DNA of 64,000 nt from Trueperaceae bacterium (GTDB taxonomy: Bacteria > Deinococcota > Deinococci > Deinococcales > Trueperaceae). A model generated the notes under the pieces. That model had not been told where the DNA came from. It did no database searches and was given only the letters and a program-made list of their open reading frames with translations. The position numbers were made by a program, and so were the translations under genes. Positions 60,884-64,000 of this stretch are shown in pieces. The stretch lies in assembly GCA_034520945.1 (NCBI GenBank), contig JAXHNB010000010.1:64001-128000 (forward strand), written 5' to 3'. Numbering within the stretch: position 1 is the first letter of the stretch; each line of letters starts with the position of its first letter.

Positions 60884-62090
60884 ATGATGTCCGATGTTGC
60901 GACCGACGCCCGCCCGTTCGACCTGATCGTATGGGGCGCGACCGGCTACACCGGCCGGCTGGTCGCCCGATCCGTCACCGACCGTCAACCCGCTGGCTTC
61001 CGGTGGGCGCTTGGGCGGCCGCGACCGGGAACGGCTCGAGGCCGTGCGGCGCGACCTGGGGGCGCCTGCCGAGATCGTCGTGGCGGACGCCCTGGACGGG
61101 GACGCCATGGCCGCCATGGCACGTCGCACGCACGCGGTCGTGTCCACGGTGGGACCGTACGCCCGCTACGGCACGCCGCTGGTCGCCGCGTGCGCTGACG
61201 CCGGCACCGACTACGCCGACCTGACCGCCGAAGCGCTGTGGATGCGCAGCACCGTCGACGCGTTCCACGACCGCGCCGTCCAGAGCGGCGCGCGGATCGT
61301 GCACGCCTGCGGCTTCGACAGCCTCCCCTCCGACCTGGGGACGTGGCGGCTGCACACCGAAGCGCTGCAGCGCTACGGTCGCCCCTGCCGGCAGGTGGTG
61401 CACGCCTTCGGACCGATGGCGGGGGGACTCAGCGGTGGAACGGTCGCCTCGGCGTTCGACCTGATCGCCCAGGCGGCGCGCGACCCGGAGACGCGACGCG
61501 CGCTCATGGATCCCGACCTGTTGGCGCCCGGCGCCCCTGCTTCGCCCGACCCGCTCGGGCCGTGGTGGCCGCAGCGACATGCCGGCTTGGACGGCTGGAC
61601 CACGCCCTTCGTGATGGCGGCCAGCAACGCCAAGGTGGTGCGGCGCACGCGGGCGCTGCTGGGCGAGCCGTGGGGGGACGACGTCCGGTACCTCGAGCGG
61701 CTTCGCGTGCCGACCTGGGCGCGGGCCGCCACGGTCGGCCTAATGAGTGTCGCCGCCCCCGTGCTGCTGGCCCCTGCGTTCGTGCGACGCCTTGCTGCCG
61801 GCGTCCTCCCCGAGCCTGGCCAGGGCCCGAGCGAGGCCGTGCGCAAGCGCGGGTACTTCCGGTCCACGCTCGTCGGCCACGTCGATGGCGTGCGCGAGCC
61901 CGTGGTCGGGCATACCCGCGCCGACCTCGACCCAGGCTACGGCGCGACCGCACGCATGTTGGCGGAGGTCGGCCTCGGACTGGCCCAGCGCGAGTTCGAC
62001 GTAGGCGGCGGCGTGCTCACCCCGGCCGTGGTCGGCGGGCAGCGCCTGGTCGATCGTCTCGGCGAAGTCGGCATTCGGATCGGTACGTAG
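60884..62090 (+). CDS. Saccharopine dehydrogenase-like oxidoreductase; +1 frameshift near 61014
   Basis: FDLIVWGATGYTG; then GRDRERL, TVGPYARYG, CGFDSLPSDLG, DPGYGATARM. Confidence 0.82.
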
Positions 62091-62307
62091 GGCCTCCTCT
62101 CCAGTCGAGGCAGGAGAAGCTCTGCCGCTTCTGCACGCCGGAGCTCCGAAACCTCGCCTCGACGCATGCGGCCGCGGCGCGGCGGGCGGCCGGCCCTGCG
62201 GCGCGCGCCTCGGTCTCGATGCTCAGCATGTCGACGTGGCACCCTATGCGCGCCGGCCAGGGGTCTTGGTCGGTCATGGGAACGGTGGCTCGGCGCTGGC
62301 CGTGACG

Positions 62308-63084
62308 TCAGACGTCCACGCCTCCGTGCGCCCGCACCTCCACCCCCGCCCCTTCGAGCGCCTCGCGCACCGCCGCTGCGATGTCGGGCGCGCGGGGGCC
62401 GTCCCCGTGAATGCACAACGTCTCGGCCTCGACCCGCGTGGAGCCGCCGTCGACGGCCGGCACCTCGCCCCGGGTCACCATCGCCACGGCCCGCGCCGCC
62501 ACCTCGTCGGGGTCGTGCACCAGCGCGCCGGGCATGGTCCTCGGTGCCAGGGTGCCGCTTGCTAAGTAGGCGCGGTCGGGGAAGGCCTCGCGGATGGTTC
62601 GCAATCCATGAGCCTGCGCTGCCTGCTGCATGACCGTTCCACCGGGGCCGCCCAGCACCACGAACGGCACGTCCGCGCTTACGTCCCGGATCGCCCGCGC
62701 GACGGCGTCGGCGGCGGCCTCGTCCTGGGTGACGCGGTGGTGCAGGGCGCCGTGCGGTTTGACGTGGTGCAGCGCGAGGCCCTCCGCGCGTAGGATGCCG
62801 CTCAGGGCGCCGAGCTGGTACAGCACGTCGGCATGGACCTGCTCGGGGTCGACGGCCATGTCGCGCCGACCGAAGCCGACCAGGTCCGGGTAGCCCGGGT
62901 GCGCTCCGATCGCGACGCCGTGCTCGCGTGCCAGCCGCACGGTGCGAAGCATGGTCGCCGGGTCGCCGGCGTGGAAGCCGCAGGCGACGTTGACGCTGCT
63001 GAGTGCAGGAAACAACCGCGTGTCGGCGCCCATCGGCCACGCGCCGAACGACTCGCCGGCGTCGGCATTCAGGTCCACGCGCAC
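62308..63084 (-). CDS. pxpA: 5-oxoprolinase subunit A (LamB/YcsF)
   Basis: DLNADAGESFG, NVACGFHAGDP, GAHPGYPD..GFGRR, HVKPHGAL, DRAY, TLCIHGD. Confidence 0.92.
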   Translation of the reverse strand: MRVDLNADAGESFGAWPMGADTRLFPALSSVNVACGFHAGDPATMLRTVRLAREHGVAIGAHPGYPDLVGFGRRDMAVDPEQVHADVLYQLGALSGILRAEGLALHHVKPHGALHHRVTQDEAAADAVARAIRDVSADVPFVVLGGPGGTVMQQAAQAHGLRTIREAFPDRAYLASGTLAPRTMPGALVHDPDEVAARAVAMVTRGEVPAVDGGSTRVEAETLCIHGDGPRAPDIAAAVREALEGAGVEVRAHGGVDV

Positions 63085-63149
63085 CCCCTCGTCCACGTCG
63101 TCCTCCCCTCCGTTCGCGTCGGGCACGGCGTCCACCCCTGGCGCCCGCC

Positions 63150-64000
63150 TCAGCCCCACTCGAAGCCGGTGGCCAGGCGTACGCCCTCCCCCACCAGCGC
63201 GTGCTGGGCGGTTTGGTACGTCATGCGGGTCAGGTTCCGGGCGAGGCTCAGACCGGCCGCGTTCAGTGCGTCCGTCGTCGGCTCACGGCGCGGCGCGTCC
63301 ATGAACACCGGCGCGCCGTCCAAGGCGGTGGCGGCGGCGCGGAGCAGCGCCGCGAACGCCGCGTCGCTCGAGGCCACCGCCGGGCCGAGGTGCCAGTGCG
63401 TCCGGCCGGGCCGCAGCCAGGCGTGCCCCGTAGGGCCGTCATCGTCGCGGGTCACCCAGGCGCGCACGTCCGGCTCGTCCGCCAGGTGCTGCAACAAGGC
63501 GCTGCGGTCCACCTCCAGTACGCGGCGGTCCAGCGCGGAGACGGCGGCAAGGTCCGAAGCGCGAAGCGCGTCGGCCTGCAGCGCGCCCCGTGCCGCGTGC
63601 GCATCCATCCGCTGGGCCGCGTCCGAACCCTGCAGGTGGCCCGACCAGCGGTCGATGGGTCCGACGGGCACGAAGCCGTTCCGGCGGTACAACCCCGCCC
63701 CGTACTCCGTCGCGTCCAGCCCCACGCACGCAGGTTGGGCGGCCAGGGAGGCCTCCATCAGGCGCCCGAAGATGGCGCCGCCCACGCCACGCCCGCGGTA
63801 GGCCGGGTCGACCAGCACCATGCCGATCCAGTGCACGGCGCGCCCGAAGGCGACGTAGGTGGCGCTGGCGATCAAGCGCCCCTCGTGCCAAGCGCCCAGC
63901 GCCCCTTCGGGCTGCAGGTCCAGCAATCGGCGCCAGTCGCCTTCGGTCTGGTTCCAGCCCGCCTGATCGGAGAGGTGCAGCGCGTCCGGCACGTCTTGGG
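63150..64000 (-). CDS. GNAT acetyltransferase (YitH-like); start possibly beyond window edge
   Basis: GWNQTEGDW, WIGMVLVDPAYRGRGVG, LDAT..GAGLY...GF. Confidence 0.85.
   Translation of the reverse strand, partial: QDVPDALHLSDQAGWNQTEGDWRRLLDLQPEGALGAWHEGRLIASATYVAFGRAVHWIGMVLVDPAYRGRGVGGAIFGRLMEASLAAQPACVGLDATEYGAGLYRRNGFVPVGPIDRWSGHLQGSDAAQRMDAHAARGALQADALRASDLAAVSALDRRVLEVDRSALLQHLADEPDVRAWVTRDDDGPTGHAWLRPGRTHWHLGPAVASSDAAFAALLRAAATALDGAPVFMDAPRREPTTDALNAAGLSLARNLTRMTYQTAQHALVGEGVRLATGFEWG

Noticed and set aside
62308..63084. Orphan pxpA lacking pxpBC
   Set aside because: The operon continues beyond the window edge, so absence cannot be judged

Overview
High-GC bacterial chromosomal segment of about 55 genes. 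Gene content and frequent leaderless -10 promoters suggest Deinococcota (Trueperaceae-like); this taxonomic call is an inference. No rRNA, tRNA, CRISPR array or transposase was recognised. Main blocks: (1) 4.7-18.3 kb, an anaerobic sulfur-respiration island with mobA, an unusual type II ABC importer, a Tat-exported PsrABC-type molybdoenzyme with a Rex/CRP-like operator, a secreted Sud-like rhodanese and a MenK/MqnK-like radical SAM enzyme, followed by D-LDH and a lactate permease; (2) 18.3-33.9 kb, a divergent peptidoglycan/amino-sugar recycling locus (murQ, GntR, two ABC systems, namZ, kinase, anmK, two serine hydrolases) with mirror-image promoters; (3) 33.9-34.2 kb, two tandem, structurally conserved candidate small RNAs downstream of katA, followed by katA/oxyR; (4) feoAB, a c-di-GMP signalling cassette and assorted enzymes. 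Six apparent +1 frameshifts between 48 and 61 kb look like sequencing errors. The best novelty candidates are the co-located Psr+Sud+MenK+Mo-uptake module and the tandem ncRNA pair.
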